Assembly (NCBI GenBank): GCA_002278855.1
Contig: NCGG01000015.1
Location: forward strand, 31,685-95,684
Length of the DNA: 64,000 bases
Origin: Sphingomonadales bacterium 28-55-16
Lineage (GTDB): Bacteria > Pseudomonadota > Alphaproteobacteria > Sphingomonadales > Sphingomonadaceae
Direction: 5' to 3'
A program made the translations under genes and the position numbers. The notes below the pieces were generated by a model. The model saw only the letters and a list, made by a program, of their open reading frames with translations. It searched no databases and was not told the DNA's origin. Shown one piece after another: positions 19,759 through 29,421 of this stretch. Numbering within the stretch: position 1 is the first letter of the stretch; each line of letters opens with the position of its first letter.

Positions 19759-20210
19759 ATGAAAACGCTATCCAGAGTTACGAAATCGATCCGTCCACAG
19801 GACGTCGAGAAATCGTGGATCCTCATTGACGCAGAAGGTTTGGTTGTTGCCTGCGTGGCAAGACTAAGCCAAGCTATACCCCGCACGTTGATTGCGGCGA
19901 CCATGTTGTCGTCATCAACGCGGACAAGGTGAAGTTCACGGGCAAGAAATTGACCGACAAGGTCTATTATCGCCACACCGGTTACATCGGCGGTATCAAG
20001 GCAATCACAGCCGGCAAGATACTGGACGGCAAATTTCCTGAGCGTGTCCTTGAAAAGGCCGTAGAGCGCATGGTTCCACGCGGACCATTGGGCCGTGCAC
20101 AAATGCGTGCACTGCACCTCTACAACGGCACTGACCATCCACATGCGGGTCAACAGCCAACGACGCTCGACGTCGCTTCCATGAACCGCAAGAACAAGGT
20201 GGGTGCATAA
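19759..20210 (+). pseudogene. rplM: 50S ribosomal protein L13, frameshifted by an apparent ~28-nt deletion at 19849-19850 (real lesion or assembly error)
   Basis: Frame 1: [30 protein letters not shown], then out of frame to TGA at 19930-19932. A second frame resumes at 19851 with [31 protein letters not shown]...VGA*. The conserved GRLA helix is missing. Confidence 0.85.
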
Positions 20211-20701
20211 TGTCTGAAACTGCAACTTCGCTCGCTGATCTCGAAACGCTGGGCGCCGACGTTCAGGCACCTGCGCAGATCGCTGCTGTCATCCGTGAAC
20301 AGGAAATCGACGCACAAGGTCGTGCTTATGCAACCGGTCGCCGCAAGGATGCGGTTGCCCGCGTATGGCTGAAGCCTGGCACTGGCAAGATCGTTGTCAA
20401 CGGCCGTGACCAGGAAGTGTATTTCGCACGTCCTTCGCTTCGCCTCGTCATCAACCAGCCGTTCGGTGTAACCGAGCGCACGGGTCAGTATGACGTTATC
20501 GCAACCGTTAAGGGCGGTGGCCTTTCGGGCCAAGCCGGCGCGGTAAAGCATGGCATCGCACAGGCATTGTCGAAATTCGAACCCTTGCTGCGCAGCGCAG
20601 TAAAGGCCGAAGGCTTCCTGACACGCGACAGCCGCGTTGTTGAGCGTAAGAAATACGGCAAGGCCAAGGCGCGTAAGAGCTTCCAGTTCTCGAAGCGTTA
20701 A
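20210..20701 (+). CDS. rpsI: 30S ribosomal protein S9
   Basis: [39 protein letters not shown]; TAATG overlap with rplM. Confidence 0.98.
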   Translation: MSETATSLADLETLGADVQAPAQIAAVIREQEIDAQGRAYATGRRKDAVARVWLKPGTGKIVVNGRDQEVYFARPSLRLVINQPFGVTERTGQYDVIATVKGGGLSGQAGAVKHGIAQALSKFEPLLRSAVKAEGFLTRDSRVVERKKYGKAKARKSFQFSKR

Positions 20702-20740
20702 TTCGTTTCGGCACGCAAGCGCCTATGCTTGCACTTATAC

Positions 20741-20773
20741 AAAAAGGCGGCTCCGATTGGGGTCGCCTTTTTT
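20741..20773 (+). terminator. Rho-independent terminator after rpsI
   Basis: AAAAAGGCGGCTCC-GATT-GGGGTCGCCTTTTT. Confidence 0.8.
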
Positions 20774-20801
20774 CGTTGTGGACGAGCACTTTGCTTGGCA
20801 C

Positions 20802-21692
20802 ATGGTGTCCATGATCAAATTTATCCTTAGTGCATTGCTTCTCGCTCTCATCGTTTCCGGCTTGTGGTTCTGGAACAAAACCGATCCGCAGAAACTGGAT
20901 TTCGCAGATCGGATGGCGCCGGGTGCTGCGGAATTTAAAAACCCGCCGTTGACGGGCATCGCATATGGCCTTGATGAACGGCAGAAGCTCGACATTTACG
21001 CGCCAACCCCAAAAGCCAAATCGCCGCTTCCCGTGCTTATCTTCTTTCACGGCGGTTCATGGCGCGATGGCGAACGGGAGGGCTATGGTTTTCTAGGGCG
21101 TGCCTTTGCATCGCGCGGGTTTGTTACTGTCATCGCCGACTATCGGAAGTCGCCAAAGGTGCGCTTTCCTGCATTTGTGCAAGACACGGCCGCCGCTATT
21201 GCCTGGGTCAATGCCAATATCGCTAAGCATGATGGCGATCCCAAGCGTATTTTTATTATGGGACATAGCGCTGGCGCGCATATTGCTATGATGGCAGCGC
21301 TCGACCCGCAATGGCTTGCCGCGAACGGTCTGCAGACGGACGTCATCAAGGGCGTCATTGGGCTTGCCGGGCCTTATGATTTTCTGCCGCTGACGAGCGA
21401 ATCGTCGCAAATCGCCCTGGGCCAATGGCCTGACTTGACCGAGACGCAGCCCATCACCTATGCGCGCGCCGACGCGCCGCCACTTTTGCTGCTCACCGGA
21501 GATAAAGACACGGTTGTTAAACCGCGGAACAGCAAAGCATTGTCGGACAAGATCCAAGCTTTAGGCGGACAGCAGCAGTTAAAAATCTATCCCGATGTGG
21601 GCCATGCTGACATCATCATGGCGGTCGCGCGGCCGTTCCGCACCAAGGCACCTGTCGTGGCGGATGTGGTCAACTTCATAAAGGCGCACTGA
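20802..21692 (+). CDS. Alpha/beta hydrolase (HSL/BD-FAE-like carboxylesterase) with N-terminal anchor
   Basis: FHGGSW oxyanion motif, GHSAG nucleophile elbow, GDKD, VGH; real start 20802 or 20811. Confidence 0.9.
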   Translation: MVSMIKFILSALLLALIVSGLWFWNKTDPQKLDFADRMAPGAAEFKNPPLTGIAYGLDERQKLDIYAPTPKAKSPLPVLIFFHGGSWRDGEREGYGFLGRAFASRGFVTVIADYRKSPKVRFPAFVQDTAAAIAWVNANIAKHDGDPKRIFIMGHSAGAHIAMMAALDPQWLAANGLQTDVIKGVIGLAGPYDFLPLTSESSQIALGQWPDLTETQPITYARADAPPLLLLTGDKDTVVKPRNSKALSDKIQALGGQQQLKIYPDVGHADIIMAVARPFRTKAPVVADVVNFIKAH

Positions 21693-21696
21693 TGCC

Positions 21697-23016
21697 TTAA
21701 GGCAAAGCTTGGGGTCTTTGGCCGACGATCTTTTGGCGATAGGAGATGATGAGCAATGCTGCGTTCACTAAAGCCGCACCAAGCATGGCAAATGCCGCGC
21801 CGACTTCACCATAAATCGGCATCAGCCAAACCAGCAGCAAAGCGACCGTGATTGCGCCGACGAAGCTGCACAGCATCACACGTCCAGCTTTGCCTGCGGT
21901 CAGCAACGCGGGCTCTAACCCAAGCGTAGCAAATTGTACGGCGGTGGCCGCGCCCAATATCATCACCAGCGGGTAAGCCGCGACGAAATCAGCACCGAAT
22001 ATCCATATAATGACCGGCTGACCGGCCAATCCTACGATCGCCAATACCAGCACGGCTGCAACGCCGGAAACTTTCATCATCCGATTGAGCAAATTGCGGG
22101 CATCTTGTGGGTCGCCCGTATGCGCAACCCGCGCATATTCGGTGAAAATGGCCATCGATATCGCGTCGCCAACGCGCGCAAAGACTTGCCCCAATTGATA
22201 GCCCAGCCGGAAGAACCCGGCCGCCGTAGCGCCGACATAAAAGCCGACCACCACGGCCACCATTTGCTGGCTCGTCAGTTTAAAGCTGGACCCGATGTTT
22301 GACCATAAGGCGAATTTGGCGATGCCCGGAAAACTGTGCTGGAAAGCCATGGGTGTTGGCAATGTTTTCAATCGCAAGGGCAGTTGCAGCTTTCGCAGCA
22401 CATTGGCCCAAATCCAAATCGTTGGGACCATCTCAGAAATCAACCAGACCGCCAGAAAGCCACAGACCGTGGGTTCCGTTAAAATCAGCAGACCCGTGCC
22501 ACCCAGACGGATGATCGGGACCAGCATGTCCGGAATGGCGGCGTCGCCAAACCGATCGCTTATCCGCAATAGTCCCGTCGGCGTTGAACGCGAAGACAAT
22601 ACCAGAAGAGCGGTAAAGACGATGACTGCGATGGCTTCCCTATCTTCCCAGCCTTGATTGTTGGCAAGCGCCCACGCACCGACAGCCGCAACCAGGAATG
22701 CAATTATGGCGCCAGCCAGGTCAAGGATCAGGCAGAACCACGTCAATTCCGCCAGCTTTGCATGCGCACGGTCGTGAACAAGCGTGGTCCCGTACCGGAT
22801 CAGTATTTGCCATGTCTGAAATGATGTAAAGCCGGATATGGTCTGGGCGAAACTAAAGATCAGCATGAACTTGCCGAAATTTGCCGCCCCCAGCGTTTGC
22901 GTGGAGACAGCAAGATAGACAAGGCTTAGGACCGCAGAAACCGTTTTGGGTAAAAAAAGCCACGCGCCAGATTGCAATATGCGGCGCCCACTCCCCTGTT
23001 GCTGCTCATCCGTCAA
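21697..23016 (-). CDS. Wzx/MATE-like polysaccharide flippase
   Basis: About 12 hydrophobic segments, LGAANFGKFMLIFSF, GATAAGFFRLG, YGEVGAAFA; probable TTG start at 23016 (ORF extends to 23073). Confidence 0.85.
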   Translation of the reverse strand: MTDEQQQGSGRRILQSGAWLFLPKTVSAVLSLVYLAVSTQTLGAANFGKFMLIFSFAQTISGFTSFQTWQILIRYGTTLVHDRAHAKLAELTWFCLILDLAGAIIAFLVAAVGAWALANNQGWEDREAIAVIVFTALLVLSSRSTPTGLLRISDRFGDAAIPDMLVPIIRLGGTGLLILTEPTVCGFLAVWLISEMVPTIWIWANVLRKLQLPLRLKTLPTPMAFQHSFPGIAKFALWSNIGSSFKLTSQQMVAVVVGFYVGATAAGFFRLGYQLGQVFARVGDAISMAIFTEYARVAHTGDPQDARNLLNRMMKVSGVAAVLVLAIVGLAGQPVIIWIFGADFVAAYPLVMILGAATAVQFATLGLEPALLTAGKAGRVMLCSFVGAITVALLLVWLMPIYGEVGAAFAMLGAALVNAALLIISYRQKIVGQRPQALP

Positions 23017-23144
23017 GTTAACATCCCCAATTTGGTGCGGGCCTAATGCACTTCGGCTCCTAATCAAAGACATGTCATTATATGCTAGCTAAAAAATTGA
23101 AGCTGGTTAAGCGGAACGGACATCGACGCTAGGCATTTGTTCTC

Positions 23145-24191
23145 ATGGCACACCCAATCTGGTTAAGTGTTTTATTGCCGGTGTATAATGTCGAAGGCTA
23201 TCTTGCCGCATGCCTCGACTCCCTTTTGGACCAGATTGGGAAAGATCATGGTGTGCAGATCGTCATCGTAGATGATGCGTCAACTGATGCATCCCATGCA
23301 ATTGCGCAAAGCTTCTGCAGCCAACACCCGCACATAATCAAAGTGCTGCGCCACGGTGTGAACCAAGGCGTAAGTGCGGCCCGAAATCGCTTGATTGACG
23401 AAGCCGAGGGTGAACATATCTGGTTCGTCGATCCTGACGATTACATTTTGAAGGGTGCGCTAGGGCAGCTTCGCACTGTCCTCGACACCTATAATCCCGA
23501 CCTCATTTTATGTGATTACCGCAAATCCCGCTTTGCCATCACGCGGTCTTTTTTTGGCCCACGCAAGCAGCTTTCATTAGACACTGGGCACTTGGTCTCC
23601 GGCGTGTTTAAAAGTCGCAAAATGTATTGTTGGCTGAAAATCAGTCGACGGTCCTTGTGGCGCGATGGTCCACGCTTTCCGGAGGGCAAGATTTTCGAAG
23701 ACATCGCCACGACGCCTTGGCTGCTCTTGAAGGCACGAAATCATTATCATGTACCTTCGCCTTGGATTTTCTACCGGCAGCGCGCGGGCAGTATCATGGA
23801 CAGCGTCAAGCGCAAGTCGGGTATTTTTGACGCCCGAAAGCATCAGGATTTGGCCGAAGCGCTCAGCGGATTTAAAGAGGCAATGCACGAGCGGTTGGGC
23901 GGCATCCCCCATTCTGCGGCCTATTATGTGTCAGACTTTTGCGCAAAAGAATTTGTCAAAACTGCTCTGCGCTTTGTGCGTTATGGGCATGGAACCGACG
24001 GTGGGCGCACAGTTGGACTTGATCATTATCTGGAGCAGTTCGAGAAATGTGCGCCAATGCATTTTGACAAACTGGCCGTCCACTATCTGAAAAGGCTGAG
24101 GTTTCTGCGATATTTGCTTTTGAAATATGCTTTGTACTTGGCAAATCGGTCGCACACATCCGATTTAGGCGATACGGGCTTGGCACCATGA
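23145..24191 (+). CDS. Glycosyltransferase family 2
   Basis: SVLLPVYNVEGYLAACLDS, VDDASTD, NQGVSAARN, FVDPDD, FEDIA, YRQRAGSI. Confidence 0.92.
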   Translation: MAHPIWLSVLLPVYNVEGYLAACLDSLLDQIGKDHGVQIVIVDDASTDASHAIAQSFCSQHPHIIKVLRHGVNQGVSAARNRLIDEAEGEHIWFVDPDDYILKGALGQLRTVLDTYNPDLILCDYRKSRFAITRSFFGPRKQLSLDTGHLVSGVFKSRKMYCWLKISRRSLWRDGPRFPEGKIFEDIATTPWLLLKARNHYHVPSPWIFYRQRAGSIMDSVKRKSGIFDARKHQDLAEALSGFKEAMHERLGGIPHSAAYYVSDFCAKEFVKTALRFVRYGHGTDGGRTVGLDHYLEQFEKCAPMHFDKLAVHYLKRLRFLRYLLLKYALYLANRSHTSDLGDTGLAP

Positions 24192-25426
24192 TTCAGCGAC
24201 AAAATATGCACGGTGAAGCACCCATAACATTTCTGTTCAATCACGACGCAGGGCATCAGGCTGCGCATCTGGCCGGGATTGCAGGCGCACTCGCGTTACA
24301 ACAAAAAGGACGCAAGGTCGTGGTGGCTTTCGGCAGCGATGCGACCCGAACAGAGGTGGAAAAATTGCTGTCGCAGGGTCAAATTGCGGCTCTCGACTGG
24401 TATCCATTGGCCCTTCCGAAAACACTCGAATGGCTCACGCGCGGCTTGAACAAGCTGGTGCCGATCCACCGGTTGCTGCGGCTATATTATCATAATGCGC
24501 AATTGCGTGAATCCGCTGCCATCGTTTCGACCGAGCGCACATGTCTAACCTTAAAGCGCCATTGGTCGAAGCACCGACCAAAGGATCATGCCCCGGCATT
24601 TGTCTATGTCCCGCATGGCTCGGGGGACCGAAACGTGGCGGTTCACCGCGCGCTTAAGGCGTTCGACTTATGCTTGGTCAGCGGGCAAAAGGTACAGGAC
24701 CAACTTGTCGAAGCCGGCGTAGCAACGCCAGATAAATGCCGCGTTATCGGCTATGCAAAATTCGATATCTTGCGTGGGCGCGTCCCCGAGAGATTTTTTG
24801 AAAATGGCAAACCAACTTTTTTATACAACCCCCATTTCGACCCCCATATGTCGAGTTGGTTCGACCATGGTGCCGCTATTCTGGAGTATTTTTATCAAAA
24901 TCCGGACCGATACAATCTGATCTGCGCGCCGCATGTCATGCTCTTCTACAAGAAAGTGCATATTTCGCCCGAATATCGCGTCACCCGCAAACGGCCAGAT
25001 ATTGACCCGAAATATTATAATGCGCGAAATATCCGGATTGATGTGGACAGCGCACGCCTGTTTGACATGAGCTATACATGGTCTGCAGATGCCTATATCG
25101 GCGATGTTTCAAGCCAGGTGTATGAGTTTCTGTATCGCCCACGCGCGTGTTTCTTCATTGATACACATAGCAAAACTGCACCGGATGCACCGCCAGAATA
25201 TGATTTCTGGAACAATGGTCCTGTGGTCAGAAATGCGCAGGAGCTGTTACCTCTGCTCACGGATTATGCGGCGATTGCGGTTCAATATCGCGACGCCCAA
25301 GAACGCAGAATGGCCTATACTGCCGATCAGAGCGACCCGCGCCCCGCATCCGAGCGTGGGGCCGAGGCATTATATACATATGTCGAAAGCTTGAAATCCG
25401 CGGTCCGCGACGGAGCGACGGCATAA
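24188..25426 (+). CDS. TagF/TagB-like CDP-polyol phosphotransferase-family protein (GT-B fold)
   Basis: YVPHGSGDR, IGYAKFD, FLYNPHF, APH, AYIGDVSSQVYEFL resemble CDP-glycerol glycerophosphotransferase motifs; ATGA-coupled to GT2. Confidence 0.6.
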   Translation: MIQRQNMHGEAPITFLFNHDAGHQAAHLAGIAGALALQQKGRKVVVAFGSDATRTEVEKLLSQGQIAALDWYPLALPKTLEWLTRGLNKLVPIHRLLRLYYHNAQLRESAAIVSTERTCLTLKRHWSKHRPKDHAPAFVYVPHGSGDRNVAVHRALKAFDLCLVSGQKVQDQLVEAGVATPDKCRVIGYAKFDILRGRVPERFFENGKPTFLYNPHFDPHMSSWFDHGAAILEYFYQNPDRYNLICAPHVMLFYKKVHISPEYRVTRKRPDIDPKYYNARNIRIDVDSARLFDMSYTWSADAYIGDVSSQVYEFLYRPRACFFIDTHSKTAPDAPPEYDFWNNGPVVRNAQELLPLLTDYAAIAVQYRDAQERRMAYTADQSDPRPASERGAEALYTYVESLKSAVRDGATA

Positions 25427-25429
25427 GCG

Positions 25430-26122
25430 TTACGTCTGTGCAGCATCCTGCATGCTGCGGAAATTCTTGATGCCCCAATGGGCCTTTACCGCTGCGGCTG
25501 CAAAGCTTTTGGACGGGTTTACCGCATAAGCTTGATCGGCGAAGTTCAGCGTAGGACTGTCGCTGATGTCGTCGGAGTAGAAGACGATATGTGCTGCCTT
25601 GCGGTCAATGCTGTTTTGCGCAAGCCAGCCTTCGACGCGGCGCAGTTTTTCGTCTGCGTAGCAATTATCCCCCAATATTTTGCGTGTCAGCCGGCCGTCG
25701 GATGCCCGGATATGGCGCGTGGCAATGACGGCTTGAAAGCCCAAAAGGTCACCGATTGTTTGGGCGTAAAATTCTGGCGCAGCGGTTGCCAGGACCAAAA
25801 TTGCGCCACGTTCGCGGTCCGTGCGCAGTTGCGCGACAGCGCCGGGCTGCAATCCCTTTGTGACGACGATATCTGCAAATTCTGCAACAATTTTGGTGCA
25901 TGTGTCGGTGCCCAATTGGCGCCCGATAAACATCTGAATACCAAATTGCTTCAATGGTTTGCGGCCATAAAGCCCAATACTATAGCCGATTAATGCCAAT
26001 ATCCAGATCGGCAGCCCCGCCAACCGAATGGGTGACGCGTAACGGGCGTAAAATAAGAGAAAATAGGTAAATGTAGGGCGACGGGTGATGGTGCTATCGA
26101 GATCATATATTGCAATATTCAT
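25430..26122 (-). CDS. HAD-IB family phosphatase with membrane segment
   Basis: YDLDSTIT motif I, ATAA motif II, NCYADEK, YSDDISDSP; hydrophobic cap region. Confidence 0.88.
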   Translation of the reverse strand: MNIAIYDLDSTITRRPTFTYFLLFYARYASPIRLAGLPIWILALIGYSIGLYGRKPLKQFGIQMFIGRQLGTDTCTKIVAEFADIVVTKGLQPGAVAQLRTDRERGAILVLATAAPEFYAQTIGDLLGFQAVIATRHIRASDGRLTRKILGDNCYADEKLRRVEGWLAQNSIDRKAAHIVFYSDDISDSPTLNFADQAYAVNPSKSFAAAAVKAHWGIKNFRSMQDAAQT

Positions 26123-26206
26123 ATTTGACCGCCAAGCCCCGCCTCAAGGGACTGCCAGGCGCGCTGACGTACCCTCCTGATTTTTGTCGCGTTTAGGAGA
26201 AGCGAG

Positions 26207-27001
26207 TTGCAAGCGCAATGGACCTGCATTGTTTTGGCCGGACAACGGCCCGGGCCTGATATTTTGGCGCGGCATTTTGGGCTAAGTAAAAAGGCGCTCA
26301 TTCCCGTACGTGGTGTGCCGATGATCAGCCATGTGGTCGCTACGCTGCATAAATCATCGCACATCGCCAAAATCATCATATTGTCGCAGGATATCGAGGC
26401 GTTGCGTCCTGCCGTTGATGCGGCGGGCGGGGGCATTTTGGTGGAAAGCCAAAGCAGCATTTCGTTAAGCATAAAGGCGCAGGTCGAGACTTTGGGCTTT
26501 GCCTCGCCGATTTTGGTGACAACGGCGGATCATCCATTGTTAAACGTTGAAATGATCGACGCATTCTTGAACCAAGCGGGAGGCGATCTTGCGATTGCGA
26601 TGGTCGAACGCAAAACGATGTTGGCGCAGTTTCCGGACGCAAAACGGACATGGTTACGGTTTTCTGATGGTGCGTGGTCCGGCGCCAATCTTTTTGCCTT
26701 AATCGGCCACAAGTCGGTCTTCGCGCTCGAATTATGGGCCGATGCAGAGCAGGATCGCAAAAAAGCATGGCGTCTGTTTCTGCATTTTGGTCCTTGCCTT
26801 GCCTTACGCGCGCTCACCCGGACGATTGGGCTGCGTTACGCATTGGGACGCGCGGGCAAACGGATTGGTTTGGAGGCAAGGCTTGTTGCCATGTCAGATC
26901 CAGTCGCCGCGATCGATGTCGACAAGCTCAGCGATCATGTGCTTGCGGAAAAAATACTCACGGAACGTGAAGGTCTAAGCGGACATAACTCCACCGCCTG
27001 A
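26207..27001 (+). CDS. MobA-like NTP transferase (nucleotidyltransferase)
   Basis: IVLAGQRPG, KALIPVRGVPMISHV, LVTTADHPLL, AIDVDKLSD; TTG start with AGGAG RBS. Confidence 0.85.
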   Translation: MQAQWTCIVLAGQRPGPDILARHFGLSKKALIPVRGVPMISHVVATLHKSSHIAKIIILSQDIEALRPAVDAAGGGILVESQSSISLSIKAQVETLGFASPILVTTADHPLLNVEMIDAFLNQAGGDLAIAMVERKTMLAQFPDAKRTWLRFSDGAWSGANLFALIGHKSVFALELWADAEQDRKKAWRLFLHFGPCLALRALTRTIGLRYALGRAGKRIGLEARLVAMSDPVAAIDVDKLSDHVLAEKILTEREGLSGHNSTA

Positions 27002-28492
27002 TCAACGCCCCATTTTCCGCTGACGGCGGCGCTGCACCGACGAACCAATGCCCATCGCTTCGCGATATTTGGCGACGGTGCGGCGGGCAATGTCAAAGCC
27101 CTTTGCCGTGAGCATTTCGACCAAAGTATCATCGGAGAGGATCTTGTCGCCTTCGGCCTCAATCAGCGTCTTGATATGGCTCTTTACCGCCTCTGCCGAT
27201 GCGCCTTCGCCATCGGCAGATTGAACACCCGATGAAAAGAAATATTTCAGGTCAAAAAGCCCGCGCCCGCAGTGCAGATATTTGTTGCTGGTCACCCGGC
27301 TTACTGTGGATTCATGCATCTCAATCGCATCTGCCACTTGGCGTAGCGTTAATGGTCTTAAATGCGCTACGCCCCGCCGGAAGAAACCTTCCTGTTGCTT
27401 CACGACTTCAGTGGCAACTTTCACAATGGTGCGCTGACGTTGGTCCATGGCCTTGATAAGCCAATTGGCGTCGGCCATGCAATCGCTGAGCCAAGCCTTG
27501 GTGGCCTTGTCCTGCCCAAGCTCGGCGACATAATTTCGGTTGATGAGCAACCGGGGCAAATTGGCGCTATTCAGCTCAATCACCCACCCATCGCCTCGCG
27601 GCGTAACATAAATGTCCGGTGTCACCGCCATGCTGTCTTCGCTTTCAAAGCGGCAGCCAGGTTTCGGGTCATAGCTGCGAAGTTCAATCAACATGTCGTG
27701 CAAATCTTCGTCGTCGACGCGGCACATGCGCTTCAGCTGTTCAAAGGCGCCTTTGGCAACCAAGTCGAGATTGTCGATCAACCGCGCCATACAAGGGTCA
27801 TAACGATCCGCGTCTTTTGCCTGAAGAGAAAGGCATTCAGACAGGTTGCGTGCGCCAACGCCCGTCGGGTCAAAGCGGTGGAGCGCTGCCAGCGCGTCCT
27901 CCATCTCCGCCATGGGCGCCCCAAGCCGTTGCGCCATCGCCAACAGATCTTCGCCCAAATAGCCCGTCGGTTCGATCTGCTCGATCATTTGCTGCACAAG
28001 GAAAAGCTGCCGGCCTGCAAGGCTTGACCCTGCCTGCGCAATCAAATGCTCCCGCAGGCTGAGGTCGCGTGCAGCAAAGCTATCGAAATCGGGCCCGTCT
28101 CCGTCAAAGTCGCCAGACATTGCGCTGGCCGAAAGGCCAAGCATTCCATCCGCACCGCTGACGCTATCCGATGGCGTGTCATGGTGAAAGGTTTCGGCGC
28201 TGAAATCGACATCAAGCGCTTCGGAGGCAGCATGGAGGTCACTGCCCATAACGTCGTCGCTTGAACGTTCATTGGTTTCCGGCGCAGTGTTTTGCGACAG
28301 GTCGTCGAACGACGTTTCAGGGGCGGAGTCGCCGCCGCCAACGTCAAGGACTGGGTTACGCTCGACTTCTTCTGCAATGAAAGCTTCAATTTCGAGAGAC
28401 GACAATGCCAGCAACTTAATCGCCTGTTGCAGCTGCGGCGTCATGACCAGCGACTGGCTTTGACGAAGATCGAGGCGCGGAGCTAATGTCAT
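27002..28492 (-). CDS. rpoN: RNA polymerase sigma-54 factor
   Basis: LVMTPQLQQAIKLL, HESTVSRVT, ARRTVAKYRE (RpoN box). Confidence 0.98.
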   Translation of the reverse strand: MTLAPRLDLRQSQSLVMTPQLQQAIKLLALSSLEIEAFIAEEVERNPVLDVGGGDSAPETSFDDLSQNTAPETNERSSDDVMGSDLHAASEALDVDFSAETFHHDTPSDSVSGADGMLGLSASAMSGDFDGDGPDFDSFAARDLSLREHLIAQAGSSLAGRQLFLVQQMIEQIEPTGYLGEDLLAMAQRLGAPMAEMEDALAALHRFDPTGVGARNLSECLSLQAKDADRYDPCMARLIDNLDLVAKGAFEQLKRMCRVDDEDLHDMLIELRSYDPKPGCRFESEDSMAVTPDIYVTPRGDGWVIELNSANLPRLLINRNYVAELGQDKATKAWLSDCMADANWLIKAMDQRQRTIVKVATEVVKQQEGFFRRGVAHLRPLTLRQVADAIEMHESTVSRVTSNKYLHCGRGLFDLKYFFSSGVQSADGEGASAEAVKSHIKTLIEAEGDKILSDDTLVEMLTAKGFDIARRTVAKYREAMGIGSSVQRRRQRKMGR

Positions 28493-28522
28493 GACGTTAG
28501 ATTTTCGTCATTGCCCCCCACG

Positions 28523-29302
28523 TCACATTGCAAAACTCTCGCCGAGGTACAGGCGGCGGACATTAGGGTCGGCAACCAACGCCTCGGGCGACCCCGCAAA
28601 CAGGACTTGGCCGCCGTAAATAATGCAGGCGCGGTCAACAATATCGAGCGTCTCGCGGACATTATGATCGGTGATGAGCACGCCAATGCCGCGCGTTTTA
28701 AGCTCCTTCACCAGATCGCGGATGTCGGCAATCGAAATCGGGTCAATACCGGCAAAGGGTTCGTCGAGCAGCATAATCGACGGATTTGCGGCCAATGCAC
28801 GTGCAATCTCGCAACGTCGCCGTTCACCGCCCGACAAGGCCATCGCAGGTGCACTCCGCAAACGGGTAAGGCCGAATTCATCAAGCAGCTTTTCCAACCG
28901 CTCGCCGCGCGAGTCGGCATCGGGCTCCGACATTTCAAGAACCGCGCTGATGTTTTGTTCAACCGTCATCCCACGAAAAATCGAGGTTTCCTGAGGCAAA
29001 TAGCCAAGCCCCAATATTGCACGGCGGTACATTGGCAGATTTGTAATGTCTGCGCCGTCTAGGGTAATCCGCCCACTATCCGGTTTCACCAGACCCATGA
29101 TGGAATAAAAGCACGTGGTCTTGCCAGCGCCATTGGGCCCAAGCAAGCCAACAACCTCACCCTTTGCGACAGAAAGCGAAACATCAGTTAAAACCGCACG
29201 TTTATCATAGCTTTTGGCAATGGAGACAACACCAAGTCCCGACTGCAAGCCCGCATCGGTGGTCGCTTCCGCGGCAGGGAGGGGGGCAGTCATGCTATCC
29301 AT
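28523..29302 (-). CDS. lptB: Lpt ABC transporter ATP-binding protein
   Basis: GPNGAGKTT, GYLPQETSIFR, LSGGERRR, LLDEPFAGIDP, LITDHNVRETL; lies upstream of rpoN. Confidence 0.97.
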   Translation of the reverse strand: MDSMTAPLPAAEATTDAGLQSGLGVVSIAKSYDKRAVLTDVSLSVAKGEVVGLLGPNGAGKTTCFYSIMGLVKPDSGRITLDGADITNLPMYRRAILGLGYLPQETSIFRGMTVEQNISAVLEMSEPDADSRGERLEKLLDEFGLTRLRSAPAMALSGGERRRCEIARALAANPSIMLLDEPFAGIDPISIADIRDLVKELKTRGIGVLITDHNVRETLDIVDRACIIYGGQVLFAGSPEALVADPNVRRLYLGESFAM

Positions 29303-29373
29303 ATTTAATATTCGTCCGCAATCACGCTGTTGTTTTCTATCTAATAGCTAGTGAATACTGAACCAATTTGCAA

Positions 29374-29390
29374 TTGGCATGGTTCATGCT
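29374..29390 (+). promoter_or_regulatory. Sigma54 -24/-12-type site, opposite in orientation to lptB-rpoN
   Basis: TTGGCATGGTTCATGCT (GG-N10-GC) in the lptA-lptB spacer. Confidence 0.45.
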
Positions 29391-29421
29391 GCGCAGTTTT
29401 GTATACAACCGCAGTTGAAAC

